Origin: Oopsacas minuta
Taxonomy: Eukaryota > Animalia > Porifera
DNA: 63,515 nt
Assembly: GCA_024704765.1 (NCBI GenBank)
Contig: JAKMXF010000039.1
Location: 1 to 63,515 of the forward strand
Direction: 5' to 3'
A program made the position numbers and the translations under genes. Positions within the stretch are counted from its first letter, which is position 1; each line of letters opens with the position of its first letter. Below, in pieces: positions 39,389 to 52,563 of this stretch. The notes under the pieces were generated by a model. The model searched no databases. It saw only the letters and a list, made by a program, of their open reading frames with translations, and was not told the DNA's origin.

Positions 39389-39772
39389 CTTTTGCAAGTG
39401 CAAATGATTGAGGCCAGATACAACGTCTCTAATAACAGACATTAATTCGTCCTCAGATAATCCAAAACCATTCTCCGGATGATCAATGATATTGTATAAG
39501 CTACCACCTGTACATAACTCCATAATTATAACACGACGTTTACTAGAAAGTTCTGTTTCCATAGATATAAATTTCACGATATTATCGTGCATTGGAGTAT
39601 TTTTCAAAATGTCCAATTCTCTCCAGAAGGAATTAGTTTCCGTATTGAAAACCTTAATGGCAACAGAATTACCCGTTTTCATGTGGCGTCCTTTGAAAAC
39701 TCCACCAGTAGCCCCCTTGCCAAGAGAATCAATAGTATTCCAAAGATAATTATCCGATGAAGAATAATGCAT
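39389..39772 (-). CDS. TBK1: TBK1/IKK-epsilon family Ser/Thr kinase, first coding exon (128 codons, kinase N-lobe)
   Basis: MHYSSSDNYLWNTIDSLGKGATGGVFKGRHMKTGNSVAIKVFN...IMELCTGGSLYNIIDHPENGFGLSEDE...LNHLHLQK. Contains the Gly-rich loop, VAIK and the TBK1-typical 'ME.C.GGSLY...PEN.FGL.E.E'. Ends at a phase-0 donor (AAG|GTCAGA). Confidence 0.93.
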
Positions 39773-40496
39773 AGCTAAAAGAAATATTCAAGGGTTAAAT
39801 TACCTCAACATATTCATGGAAACCTGAATTCAAGGCAGTGCCAGTGCCTTAGAGTATAAGAGTGGTATAGGTCATGCAAATTTAAAAACGTATTCTGAGG
39901 TTTTCGATAGTGTTGATTAAAATTATGAAGTAATATGATAACCATGATTTATTAAATTTGCAAAAAATTGGCTTAATCAACCTTGTTGCCCCACTCTGCA
40001 TGTATTGCAATTTAGTGATGAACACATACATAGCACATACACATATGAATACGAATTGGATTCCAGATTATCCCGATAATATCATAGAGCACTTATGCGC
40101 GAGGGGTATGAAATTACGTGGGATCCATTCCAGTTATAAATAGGTACCATAGCTATACTAAATGCCATGATGTCCAACTTAATGTAGCACGTTAGCCCCA
40201 TTTTGCATCAATTTCCCCTTGCAAGCCAATTCTGTAAATCATTCATCACCTGAATTCAATGTTTAAATTTTAGCCTTGAATATAAAACTAGAGGACGTAA
40301 TTGGTTTTGCAGCAGAGTAACCCTTGCTGGGACAAAGCCTCTGCTTGAAAGTGTATCACAGACATCATGTAAGCTTGAGTTATCTATCCTTTAGCACTTG
40401 AAATCGCACCCTAAGATACTGACACTCATAAGTAATAACTGAATCTGAGTGATCTTGGTGGCTCTAAGTCTCTAACAGTATTGTCTTCACTATTAG

Positions 40497-40648
40497 CAGA
40501 CTTACCAGCCCTTCGTTGATAATTCCCTGGATTGAAATCTTAAAATCCCTGGATTTTTAACAATTTCCCTGGATTTACGGGCCCAATAATTGAATATATA
40601 AAATACACTTTATATTCTCCCATTTAGAATAATTCTAGTATTTATTAA
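40497..40648. repeat. hAT terminus preceded by TATTAG, ending at N
   Basis: CAGACTTACCAGCCCTTCG... overlaps 21970-22108. The flank TATTAG (40491-40496) recurs at 16915-16920. Confidence 0.9.
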
Positions 40649-40649
40649 N

Positions 40650-41546
40650 CATATCATCTGTCTCTTATACACATCTTATTCTATTTATGATCAGTTATGT
40701 GAATTTCTAGATCAGAAACATTTCTTCGAGACAGAAGAGTTTTCATCGATCTATTTCAAACTGAAATTAACTTATCTTACTGAAATCTTCTCTTACTATA
40801 ACCTGAGTAATCTTAAGTTGCAGGGAGATGGGATTTTTCTTCAAGCGGCTATAGAAAATGTGACTACATTTCAAAATAAGTTGAAATTCTTTCGTATACG
40901 TATACTGAGCAACCAATGGAACATGTTCCCACGTGTAGAAGCAATTCTTTCTCTTTCACCACATCTTAAAGATAAATTTACTCCCCTTATTGAAGAACAT
41001 TTGATGAATCTAGTTACTGATTTTTCCAATCGCCTTTCGGACGTTACATCAATCCCTAAATACCTGCTAACCCCGATGGATATGTCACTGGAAGATATGA
41101 TGAACTTAGAAGACATCCTGGTAGGCGAGTTGTTATATTTACAGGCAAATGAGGAGGCAAAAGCTAAATATTCTTGTGCTAACAAAACGAAATTCTGGTT
41201 TTTAGTGAAGGGGATAGCACCAAATCTTTTCAAAACAACTGAAAGTTTGCTTTTGCTTCCATTTCCACAACATATTTTTGTGAGAAAACAATTTCTTCAG
41301 CAAATTTTCTTAGGTCAAAACACCGCAGGCAACTTGACTTCAGGGAAGATTTAAGGATACCAGCATCAAGTTATAGTCCAGATATTTAAATATTAGCATC
41401 TAACAAGCAATTGCAAGGTTCGCATTAATTACTGTTAATTTGAATTAAAAAAAACTAATTTCAAATTATTTGGGGAGAGGGGGGGGCCAAAAGGGAGAGT
41501 AAACTTCATGGGGGGGGGGAAGGCTAGAAAAGGTTGAGAACCACTG
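40650..41546 (+). mobile_element. hAT (Charlie-like) element 3' part
   Basis: NLKLQG...AAIENVTTFQNKLKFF...LQANEEAK...FW...LLLPFP.TY.CE..FS. Terminus GGTTGAGAACCACTG. Confidence 0.8.
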
Positions 41547-42218
41547 CATTATATTATAGCATTTCATTTTGTGTATTGTAAGAGTAAGTAAATAAATTCA
41601 CAATGACATAGTTTTGTCATAAGAATTTCGTGGGGGGGGCCATGGCGCCCCTGGTCCTCCCCTTGGCTACGCCATTGTTGGCAATTGTACTAAGGAGTTG
41701 ACTATGCCTTTTGTCCTATTAGAGTACATAGAGTAGCATTATGTATATTGACTCAGAATGTAACATTATGCATAATACCTAGGCATTTGCAAAATGCGTC
41801 TACCAACGGATTTGTTCTCTCTATCCGGAGTTCTTATTAACCGGACTGGTACCAATTAAATAATCACTAAAATCTAAAGAATAACCTCTGAAACTTAATT
41901 TTGTGTATTTTATATTATTTATTCGTCATACCTTGAAGTCCTTATTATCGCAGTTCAACTACATGTTCATGTATGTATGCATGTGCAGTGTAAAATCAAG
42001 TTTTGTGTTATTTCAATAGCACCACCACACTCGCAATCACACCAAGTATTAGTTGATATCACTGTTTCAAAATAAAATTCTATAGAAACCAAGTTTGCCC
42101 CTGGCATGTAAGAGCCCGTTATTTATGCGTATGCCTGCTGTTTTATATTCGTATACTGTATATTTCAATTTTCAACTCTTATTATTACATTCCAATAATC
42201 ATTTAGAATTTGTTAAAC

Positions 42219-42427
42219 TAGGGCGTCCAATAAGTCCTGCGGGTGATATCATAGAATATGATACAAACACTACACACACTAATTCACTATAACATTAATT
42301 CAAAGTAATCCCCTCCTGCAGATACACAAAGTTTTAACCTTTCCACCGACTTGTAAAACACATTTCTGTACTCTTCTTCGGGGATGGATTTGAAGTAGTG
42401 GTACAGGCCCGTTCCGAGGGCTTATAA
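42219..42427 (-). mobile_element. Mariner 3' end, cut at N
   Basis: TIR TAGGGCGTCCAATAAGTCC. Minus strand GLYHYFKSIPEEEYRNVFYKSVERLKLCVSAGGDYFE. Confidence 0.8.
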
Positions 42428-45400
42428 NTTACTTGTTGAATCAGAATGAAATTACTAATTTCTAGGTTTGAAACGATTGTGAATTCAATGATAATAAGGA
42501 AATACAATTCTGAGGGGGTAAAAATTTCATGCTATTTCCAGCAAAAAGCCCACTGTGCTTTACTTCATGTATTGTTAAAAAGTCAATATTATATGGGGAT
42601 AAAGAATGTGATGAGATAGTAGTAGAGTCATATATTTATATACTGCAAATAAAATGTACAAATAAATACCGTCCGCCGTCTTAGTTTCTGAAGAAATTCA
42701 GGATGAGAAACAATGAATAAATTGTATATGGCGTAATGTCAACTAGTCAAAGTTTTCAAATATGGGTCAGAATATATACTAGTTTGATGATTCTATTGGT
42801 ATTAATCGTCAAACTTAAAATTTCAATTGATTATTTCATAAAGTATATAAAGAATAGATTGTGGTTTGTAATTGAATAATAATTCCAATGTAAATAATAT
42901 TATATTTAAAATGAATGATTGTGTTTCAATAGCAGGGTGGGATCGATATTCTGATAGCAGAAAATGAAGAATTAAGATTCGACAATAAATTAGATAGTAT
43001 ATTTCTCAATTTTGATGCTCCGAAAAATAGCAGTTTATCCGCTTGCTCCGCTCGTATATGCAATATATATTTATAATTCTGTATTTGTGACAAATATTCA
43101 GAAGTGGTAGACCTCTTATGCAAAATAGAATTTGCTTGTACCCGGCACGGAGAATCATCCCTGCTAGAATATCGCGAGCCGCCTACGCTCATATTCGGCT
43201 ACGGGCCATGTTGTCATCAACCTCAATAATACGACTGGGTGGTGTACATTTGGTCAATCTCTTTGGGAAGGGATGCAGCCATATATCAGCGCAATGGATC
43301 GAGAAAATAGGTCATTCAACTGGCAAAATAGATCATTTTGAGGAGAGGGAAACATATATAAGCGGGAGTAACAAATGGGGCATTTTAGAGATAATAGGCC
43401 TCATACGATTGAGGTTTACCTCCATAAGTGGGGAATCCAAAAAATATTAGATTGATTTGTATTATCAATTTTTGTGCGATATTAGGAGAGAAAATATATT
43501 CATGGCTATGATGAATAAACATTCCTGGTTTCTCGGAAGAAAATCTCTTGCAAATAGTAATATTCAAATATCATTGAAAAACTGTCGTTGGAGGAAAAGG
43601 ATATACACATTGACTGAAAAATTTCTGTTTAGTGGAAATTTAACTAAAAATTCTAAATGGGGAATGGGAGTAATCTGGAAATTCTACACCCAGAACTACC
43701 TCACAATTAGAGGCTCTACGCCGAGAGCTGATTTTGGATAGCGGGGGATTTCGGAACTGGAAGGAACATGTTCGAGCTATGGAGAAAAATTAGCACTTAT
43801 GACGAAATTATGACGTAATAGTCAACCTTTTGGGTTTTCAAAAATCTCATTATTAATTAGAAAACAGTTAAATAGACTTTCTTACCAAATTCATAATAGG
43901 GCAACATGAGTTTTACATTTGGCCGACGTAATTGTTCGATGCAAGAAATTTATGAAGAAAATTTTATACCCTTCATTTGTGCCTATAAATCTAGTCGAGT
44001 GTACTGTTGTATTCACAATATTTAGATTTCAAAGCTGTCCGCAGTGTGCCCCAAACGGGAAATAGAGAAACGCCAAAACTAAAATGCATCAATTTAGACA
44101 CTAGGCAATATATCCCCTGATATGCATCGAATTGATCATATGTATAAGCCCGAAAAGAAAGCTATTTGATTGAAGGATTAGTTTCAAAAATAAAGGTAAA
44201 TAGATGTGACGTCATCCCAACTTAACATCCCCAGAATTATCATGTATGAGCTCCAAATCTGAAGACACATGAGTTGTAATTTCCATGAATATCAAACATT
44301 AATAATATATAATACTCATAATTTAAACGACTTCGCAAATAAGAATTAAATGTAGACAGCGCGGACACTTTAGTGCCTCAGGTTAGTTTAAGTAATCAAA
44401 AACAAGATTTCTCGCTGCATTTGGTCTATACGCGGAGGGACATACTTGGCATTGCATGCTTTTAGTGAATAAAATAGCAGAAAACGAGATAATCAAAGGG
44501 TAAAAAATAATTTGTATATTAGCTGGCCGATAAAAACAATAATAACAAAAGAAATACAGCCTGCCTTGTGAGTTTCCGAAGAAATTCTACATGAGAAACA
44601 GGTGCCTTGTGTTCTGGTTCCCAGCCATTTGCTAGTCCAAATTTTTCAATGTCCCAAATAATCATCTAAGTCGAACTTATCGGCTTATACAGCGTAAGCA
44701 ATATCGATGATTATTCTGAATTTTCAAAACGTTATTTGTGCCGGACTCTAATGATTTTTGAGGAGAATAATTGGTCCAAAAACTATTGTATATAACTGAA
44801 AGTCATCTGAAATTCTTCTTGATATATAACATTACCCAACGTTATCCATCCTTGGCATTGAAACCAAAAGTCCTCTGAAATTTTTAGTTATATTTTATGA
44901 AATCTTGGAAAGAAAGATTTGTTGCAAAATATATTCCTGGGATCATTGATAATTTTGGCAAACATATAATAACAAGCACTAATTTAGATTCGTATGGCAG
45001 GATAATGTATATGTCGGGATCTAGCTCCTAAATTGTATCGACAAAATAATAAAAAGATCATTGAAGAAGGGGTCATTGGAGCGAGTTGCAATATAGATTG
45101 ACAGTAAAATCGGGATAATGTGCAAAAAATTCCAAAAGAGTGCGGACAAATTCATAATCATACTATAATACACTTGTTTGCAGCATTATTATTGTTTACA
45201 TACAACTTTGGAAAAACCGTATACCTAGATTCTATATTATTAGTTCAATACTTTTCGTGAATGCAAAAGAAAATATATTGTAATCGTATCAATACTTTTC
45301 GGATAGGAGAGGGTGTGTGACAATATTGTAGTCCTAGAAAATATCCTCGATTGGTAGGAACAATAACCATAGATTGGGCAAACTGATATCTAAATTTCAC

Positions 45401-45430
45401 AAATCAAACTGCAAGATATTAGAAACAAAC

Positions 45431-45689
45431 CTGTAATAACATGATAAAATGTAGCACCAATGCTCCAAAGGTCCACGTTTCTTGTAAAAGTCTTCCCTTT
45501 ATTCTTTCTTAAGACAGCTCGCTCGTACATATCCGGATGGAGATATTCTTCAGTACCATAGAGTGAAGTAAATGTATCAGTGGGATCTAATTGCCTAGCT
45601 GCACCAAAATCAACTAATTTATACACGTGGGATCCGTCCTCGACAATACATCGCATGATATTTCCAGGTTTTATATCACGGTGAATAAT
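45431..45689 (-). CDS. TBK1: TBK1/IKK-epsilon kinase, second coding exon (catalytic and activation loops)
   Basis: Acceptor tctttacatag| then [87 protein letters not shown], then donor G|GTTTGT. Phase 0 in, phase 1 out, 259 nt. [21 protein letters not shown] is the TBK1/IKKe signature, and the activation-loop Ser is kept. Confidence 0.95.
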
Positions 45690-46669
45690 CTATGTAAAGA
45701 ATTTGAATATAAAAACATAAAAAGAAGGTAGGTAACCCAAGGTAAGAAAAGAAAATCAGCAAGAGGGAAAAGGTCCAAAGAGTAAATGGAGCTTGGAAAA
45801 CTAAAAATGACAGAACATATTGATATTATAAGGAAGAAAATTACAAAATAGGTATGCAGTTTGGCACATAAGCAACAACAACAAAAGGAATTCAGAAAAT
45901 CCATAAACAGAGGAGAAAGAAAATTTCGAAGAACTAAGTAGAGTAGGGAGGATTGGGGATATAGTTGCCCCTATCATCGCACAAGATATTGCAGTGCTGT
46001 ATCAACTTGTTGGAATATTTTTTAAAATGAATAAGAAAAAATCCACAATACCGATTGTTGATAATTTCGTAGATTTATAGATGTACATGTAGTAATAATG
46101 AATAAAAATGATCAAGATTATAATATTCAGGAACACAGAATAGGTAATGCAGAAAGATGCCATTTTTGAAGTCAACAAACTAGCATTCCGATAATTTACT
46201 CTTTGACGAAAAGATTAGTGTGTATAGAAAAAGTGGATCAATTTGGGACTGAATTTGAATAGTATCAGTATATTCATTAGAATTTGGAAATATTTGAAAA
46301 TAGTTGGTGTTAAAGAACATAATTATAGACAATAGACGAATAAGCGTATTTCATATCAAGATCTTCATGTATAGATTCCAGGTTAGGAATTTACATATCC
46401 TAAACGTCCTAATGTAAAATGAGAGCTTTGGACATCGAGTTAACAATGGAGACTTAAAAAGTGAGTTCCATTTAATATAAGTCAAGTTAGAGCCTAGTGA
46501 ATAGACTGTGGGTTATTTGAGCACTTTACGGGAAGTAGATATGAAGTTAATATCTTAGCAGATGAAATCAAATGTTTATAGTAAATCTAGGATAAATAAT
46601 CAATTGGTACATCAGAATCCATCTACAAGCAGTATATTATATAGATAAGCATGAAATATTCTCCTAGAC

Positions 46670-46864
46670 CAGGGCTGTATCAACTCATTTTGAGTTGGCA
46701 AAATCAACTCATTTTTTTCTACCAACTCATTCAACTCATTTATTTCATCTAGCTTATGTAACCAACTCATTTCAACTCATTCAACTCATTCAACTCATAT
46801 CAACTCAATCAACTCATTTCAATTAATTCAACTCATTGAATATAATGAGTTGATACAAGCCGTG
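46670..46864. mobile_element. MITE filled with CAACTCATT tandem motifs
   Basis: TIRs CAGGGCTGTATCAACTCATT and AATGAGTTGATACAAGCCGTG, with about a dozen internal CAACTCA units. Confidence 0.75.
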
Positions 46865-46994
46865 ATGTAATACGCATCAAACTAGTCAAAGTCCCGATTC
46901 CCAACCCTGGTAATATGGCTGAAAGTGATTTTTATCAGTAAAATAGATTATAATTAGAGAGAAATATAGACTAAGAGTCAAGATAATCAACTCA

Positions 46995-47193
46995 TAAATG
47001 CACTCGGATAAGTAAAGTATTAGTAGTATTAGTCATCGCACTCTTCTGACGTTGTAACCAATGCTTTAGGGTAACGAACATCTCCAGAGTAGATATTTCT
47101 AAAGTAGCTCGATGAGGTCGACAAATCCGTCCTGCAATACTGAAGACTCGCTCATTTTCAGCAATTGATGGGGTTGGTAATAAATAAATTTCA
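46995..47193 (-). pseudogene. hAT dimerisation-domain fragment
   Basis: EIYLLPTPSIAENERVFSIAGRICRPHRATLEISTLEMFVTLK. Cut at N47194. Confidence 0.75.
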
Positions 47194-48955
47194 NGAACAT
47201 GCTCGAAAGAGCAAGTGTATAAAGCACTTTTGAGAGGATACAATGTTATTTTTGTCTGGTTTAATCATCCTGGGTTGTGTTAAATTGTGCAAAATGATAA
47301 TTCTGTTATTTTCACTAGCAATCATTGTGTTATTACATGTAATGTTTTGTTCTGCACAGCCAAAATTAGCCAAAATGACAATTACGGGTTGTTGTGTGCA
47401 TATGTCATATCTCAAAACGTGACGTGTTAGAAAAAATCTAAGGCCAGATTTGGATTCAGCATGGCCATATTAGGCTAGGTAAACTTGAAACGAGCAAGGA
47501 ATAAAAAATAAGTTGTAAAATGTTGTCCAGTGTTATTAGCAATAAAACAAAAATTTTAGCATCATTTCAAGTAATATGCAAAAAAGGTGTTAAAATATAA
47601 TAATTTATATAATAAATCTGTGAATTTATAACTCTCAGACTCTGAAATTCTCAAAATAGCTCTCTAAGCCCCCCAATTACCCCGACAACATGTTAAAACC
47701 TAATCTCTAGCTCGCTTTTGTATTACATAGGATGTTTGAAAATATGATCAATCACCAAAAGGTGTGAAATATTCACTTTAGAAAACATTCATACGCTAGG
47801 TGCAAATCTCCGACCAAAATGTATATGTAGGCCAATTTTCATGTTAATTGGACTGTTAGATTTCGCACGACGCAGGGATGGAAGCCGACCTCGCACATCG
47901 TCCATGTACGTTCATGCCATTAGGGAATCTCACTCTAGGAGCTGCGCTACTAACAGGGCTAATGACAGACTAACCGGACTCCTCAAGTGGAACTACATCA
48001 ATGGTAGTGTTGTAAGAAAGGGATTTTATCTAACCCTGGATTCACAGAATGTATATATTCAGTAATTGATTTGATTCATACTGTGTGGTTCTAACCTAGT
48101 CAGGGAATACTTATTTGGTTTAATTTACTGTCAGTATGCGACTTGTACTAGGACTCGTATCCTTGTGCAGTGCAGTAATAATTATAAATATCGTTAATCC
48201 TCCGCAACTACTTGCTCCCTTAAGGACAAGATCTTCGGATCCCTCCTGTCGAGAAATGGTCTTACATTGGATAGATGGTGTGTCTACATCGATGTATCCA
48301 TGGCACAGTGTGCAGTACTTTGGGTATATCATGAATCAAGCAGGTTGATGTTTCCACATAGTTTGATATATTTCAAGCTTGGATGCACTCCTGCTAGTTC
48401 GCGTGTTACCTTGCTTGGTTTCTCCAGTTAAAGTGAATCCTTAGGTTTGTTGGTTCTTGCTAGTTGGTGCTGGGGCTCTGGGGTTTTTAACTACGCTTTA
48501 GTAGAGTTTACCCCTAGCTTATATTTTTTCAGTGGGTACATGGTTGGTGGACTAGGGGATTGGTGTCTGAGGGTCGCGTATGGGCCGCTGGTTCGCCAAG
48601 CACAACTGCTCTTGCCCAGGTGGGCTTGTTCCACTGCTCATGTGTGTCTTCTGAAATGAGTTAAGTGGCGGCCTCCTTCAGTAACAAGTGAGGATGAATA
48701 ATTAAACAGCGGGAATATTAAAGAAACCAGCTTTAGGGCGATGTGCAATGGGAGCACCGGTGGTTGTTATTGCAACTAGGTCATCTGTGGATCCCTCCAG
48801 CAGCATTCTGGTATTATATGTTAAATGTGACTCCCTGATTCGGTACAGGTTTTGCATTCTTCCGGAAACTCCGTGATGTATCTGTCGTAGCATTCAAGAG
48901 GCATGGGAATTAACAAAATAGGTCAAAAGCTGCAATAAGCTAATTAGAAGATATA

Positions 48956-50230
48956 CAAGGGTGGGGCATAAGTTCTGTTCCATATTAAATAGGATATTTT
49001 TTATTCAAAACTATTCTGATTAAATTAAAACTTTCATAATCGTGTTTACTATATTGGTTGAATTTACATAATATCATCATGTTCGATATAGCTACCTTTC
49101 TTATAAATAGCAGCCTGAAGTCTGGGTCGGAATTGGGATACGGCGTGTCGGAAGTGATCCTGGGGGATTTTCAACCATTCTCGTTGCAAACAAGCTTTCA
49201 ATTAGCAAATACTCGTATGAGATACAGCGCAGGCTTTTTGCTCAAGAATGGAGCAGACACGATAATCAATGGGATTCAAATCTGGTTGGAAGGTGGCCAT
49301 TCTTTGGAAATAAAGTCGATTTTTTGGTCCCGAAATCACTGCTGAGTAGCATTAGCTGTGTGCGCTAGTGCACCATCTTGCTGGAAGGTCCAATTTGTGT
49401 TTCTAAAGTGTTTACGACTTGTAGCTTTCACTCCAGCATCCAATATCAGTTCTTGGTAAGTTTTATCATTAATTTTCACACCTGAAGGTACAAATATGAG
49501 ATTCGTCCTGAAATTTTCGGAGATACCAGGCCAAACCATGACTGAAGCGTGCTTTTGAGAGCTGGGAATAAATCGAAGGCAAAATCCTATCGTTTTGGTT
49601 ATTACTTACCTCTTCTATAGCAAATAGCTTCTTGTCAGTAAATAGTATGCGGTCCACAACTGAAAGCGCGGTACGCGATAACAGTAGTCGGAATCTTTGC
49701 TGCCTCTTTTCTCTAAGAGTCCTTATAAGCAAGGGAACCTTCCTTCTTTTGAGAGACATTAATCCTAGGTCACCATGCACAAGGCGTCTAAGCGATCTCG
49801 AGTTTACTCCAAAGTCTCTGGCCATTTTCGCATCGAACGTCGTGGATTTCGCCAAAATCTCTTCTTGACCTGTTGTTGCTGGCACTTAGTCCTAGTAGTA
49901 CGTTGAGGCCCACTTCTAGCTCTGTCTTGCATGCTTCCAGTTTCCCTATATCTTTTGAAAGCGCGATAGACAAATTTCTGGAAAACTTCATCTTCTTTGA
50001 GCGATGTACAAATTTCGGTTACAGATTTTCCCCCTTGAAATAGGCCTATATTTTCCGCTCTTTTGGCTTCCATAACAATAATATATAAATTATATAAGAT
50101 GATCCCAAATCGGTATGGCAATCAAATAGAGACATACCAATGTACTTTATGGGCTGATTTCATTCTAGTTAATCAATTATTAGCATGAAAAGTATATCAA
50201 ACTATGGGACAGAAATTATGCCCCACCCTG
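48956..50230 (-). mobile_element. Full-length degenerate Tc1-like element
   Basis: TA-flanked TIRs CAAGGGTGGGGCATAAGTTCTGTTCCATA and TATGGGACAGAAATTATGCCCCACCCTG. Transposase fragments KRYRETGSMQDRARSG, ILFTDKKLF, MVWPGIS, FQQDGALAHT. Confidence 0.9.
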
Positions 50231-51493
50231 TAGGGAACATTTAGGCAGGAAGACATCTTATGAAGAGAAATTAAGTGACTTTGTAAAAGACTCGCATCTA
50301 AAAGTAATCAAGTGAGTTTAGAATTTCGATCAAATTAAGATGTAAAAAATTTGGAGAAGAGAGTCACACTAAAACAGCGGGTCCCAACTTCGGGGTCGCG
50401 GGCCCCATAGGAGACGCGATTGCATTCCTTGGGTGTCATTTGATAGACTCACGCACTTACAGTATGCGTCGTACTAGATAATTTTAGGTGGTTGTAGCGA
50501 TAACGAGAGTCTTTGCTAAGGAAACAATTTTGGCTCCTCTACTGCCGTATCCCTGTCAAATTTGAGACATCAATCACTGGACATAACCCAATTTCCTCTA
50601 CACTTTGGGTGAAATATAAATTAATTGTTCAGGGAATCCATGGATGCAATAATTATGAGAATTTACGAACTACAAAAGTCTAGAATATATTAAATAATGT
50701 TCGATAATAGGTCTATGTTCGTGAAACACAGTTACCCTACTATCAGTGAAGTTCCTGGGATGTTGGCAGGTATGTACTGGTTCTCAGCTTGCCGAAGGGT
50801 AGTAGAAAGAAAAATTTTACATAATTTAGGAGCGGATCCAGGATATATCTAGGGAGGAGCGAGTGAGAAGACGATTGCAGGGATGGTCGTCCCTATAAAT
50901 TCGATTCTCAGATCTCCAGGTATCGATTTGTAACCATTCTTGGATCCATTAGAGTAGCGAATTCATACTCACATACATAGGCCTAGCTAGCATTTCACCT
51001 TTAGGTTTCTGGGGATTTAAGAAATACCAATGAGGTTACTGAAAGCTTAATAATACAGAGATTGCAATCTCCCTCAGTAATCCAGAGGTTGTTGACAATT
51101 GCAATGGGGTTACATGAAGCAGGAACCCATTACAGCAACCTAGATAAGCCATGCTGACAAATATTAATTAATTGCCAATAGAGTTGAAAAATATATCTTA
51201 TAACCTGGGTCTTCTCAAATTGTCTAGCAGTGGTAATGGGGTCCGAAGTGGACAATTAGAGAAGGACTACTGCATTATACATAAAGCACTCGTATTGGTT
51301 CTTTGACTACTTATCATAGACTCATTTGATAAGGACTGGAGGCAATAAAGACTCAAATCTTATGAGTTGTGATGAATTTGTAAAAATATGCAATCCATGT
51401 TTCCTTATGTATTTGCCAACTTTATCAAGTCAAACTCTAATAATTTGTGAAAATATCATTAGATCATTAAGTATGAATTCTGAATTCATATAT

Positions 51494-51784
51494 CAGGGCA
51501 TTCAATAAGTCTTGTGGGTCTTGATATATCTTAGGAATTAGTCAAGTAATATATCTAACTTTCATATATTATAAGCCCATACAGTTAAACTCCATATGCT
51601 GAAAGTTTCAAGCTTATTCAATACAAATTATGAATTTAAGAGATAGTTACATGCAGTCAATTTATACCCACTGTTGAATTTATGACTTCAAAGGATGATA
51701 ATTTCAACCTCAAATGGCGAGCTTACATAGAGTTTCGCACAATACTCAAGATCCAGCCCGTACAGATCTTCAGCGAGTTCCAGG
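51494..51784 (+). mobile_element. Mariner 5' end, cut at N
   Basis: TIR CAGGGCATTCAATAAGTC. ORF start MTSKDDNFNLKWRAYIEFRTILKIQPVQIFSEF. Confidence 0.75.
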
Positions 51785-52563
51785 NGAAACGTTGATTTAT
51801 TTCAGATGGCTATCATGTAAGAAGACAAAAAGACAGCCACTACCATAAAATAACAGGAAAAATTTAGGAAATACATAAAAATCGTTGACTTGTAGATGGA
51901 AAAAAAACTGGACGTACTGGAAAGAATCTGAAAGCAGATTTGAATTCAGCGTAAAAAACTAGCTTAGAAAATGTCAATATAATACTTGATGAGAAAATGA
52001 AGTTAAATTTTGTTGACCTGTGTAATTCATTGCAATAAAATTAGATTGGTTCAAACACTCAAATCCAATAGATCAATATATTTTGACTCACAGAGTTTTT
52101 GAGATATCACTTAAACGTTGGATCTTGTTCCTAGATGTATAATATTCCACAAACATTACAAATTTCAAGTAACTAACTCATTACAGTTCCTCAATCAATT
52201 CCAGACGAACAAAAAACCATCGACAAATTGATATATAGATATAACGTAAAGGGAAAATACAGCATACGCGAAATTCAAAATGGATAATTCAGAATCAACA
52301 ATTTGTATTACTACACCTTTGTTGAATTTAGAGCACCCTCAATTTTGAATTAGGATAAATCCTTACTTTATTGGCGCAAGTAAATTATTAAGATTGGAGC
52401 CAATGGGTTTGGGTCTCAGGACTTTAAAACAATATTAGTTGATAACGAGCAAAAACCTCTCTCACATTCGTATACCAGTGGTTACTATTTGATGGAGCAA
52501 ACATAGAATGTATTGAATATATTTCCCAGAAATGTTGTAGTATGTAAGAGATCAACAAATTAC

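Noticed and set aside
40190-40400. Possible exons of an upstream gene on the minus strand (DNSSLHDVCDTLSSRGFVPAR; VMNDLQNWLARGN*)
   Set aside because: Short frames with weak splice signals and no homology; not distinguishable from chance.
51326-51508. Plus-strand ORF ending EFIYQGIQ, superficially like TBK1 ELMRKGIR
   Set aside because: The GIQ* end is the mariner TIR (CAGGGCATTCAATAAG), so the match is coincidental.
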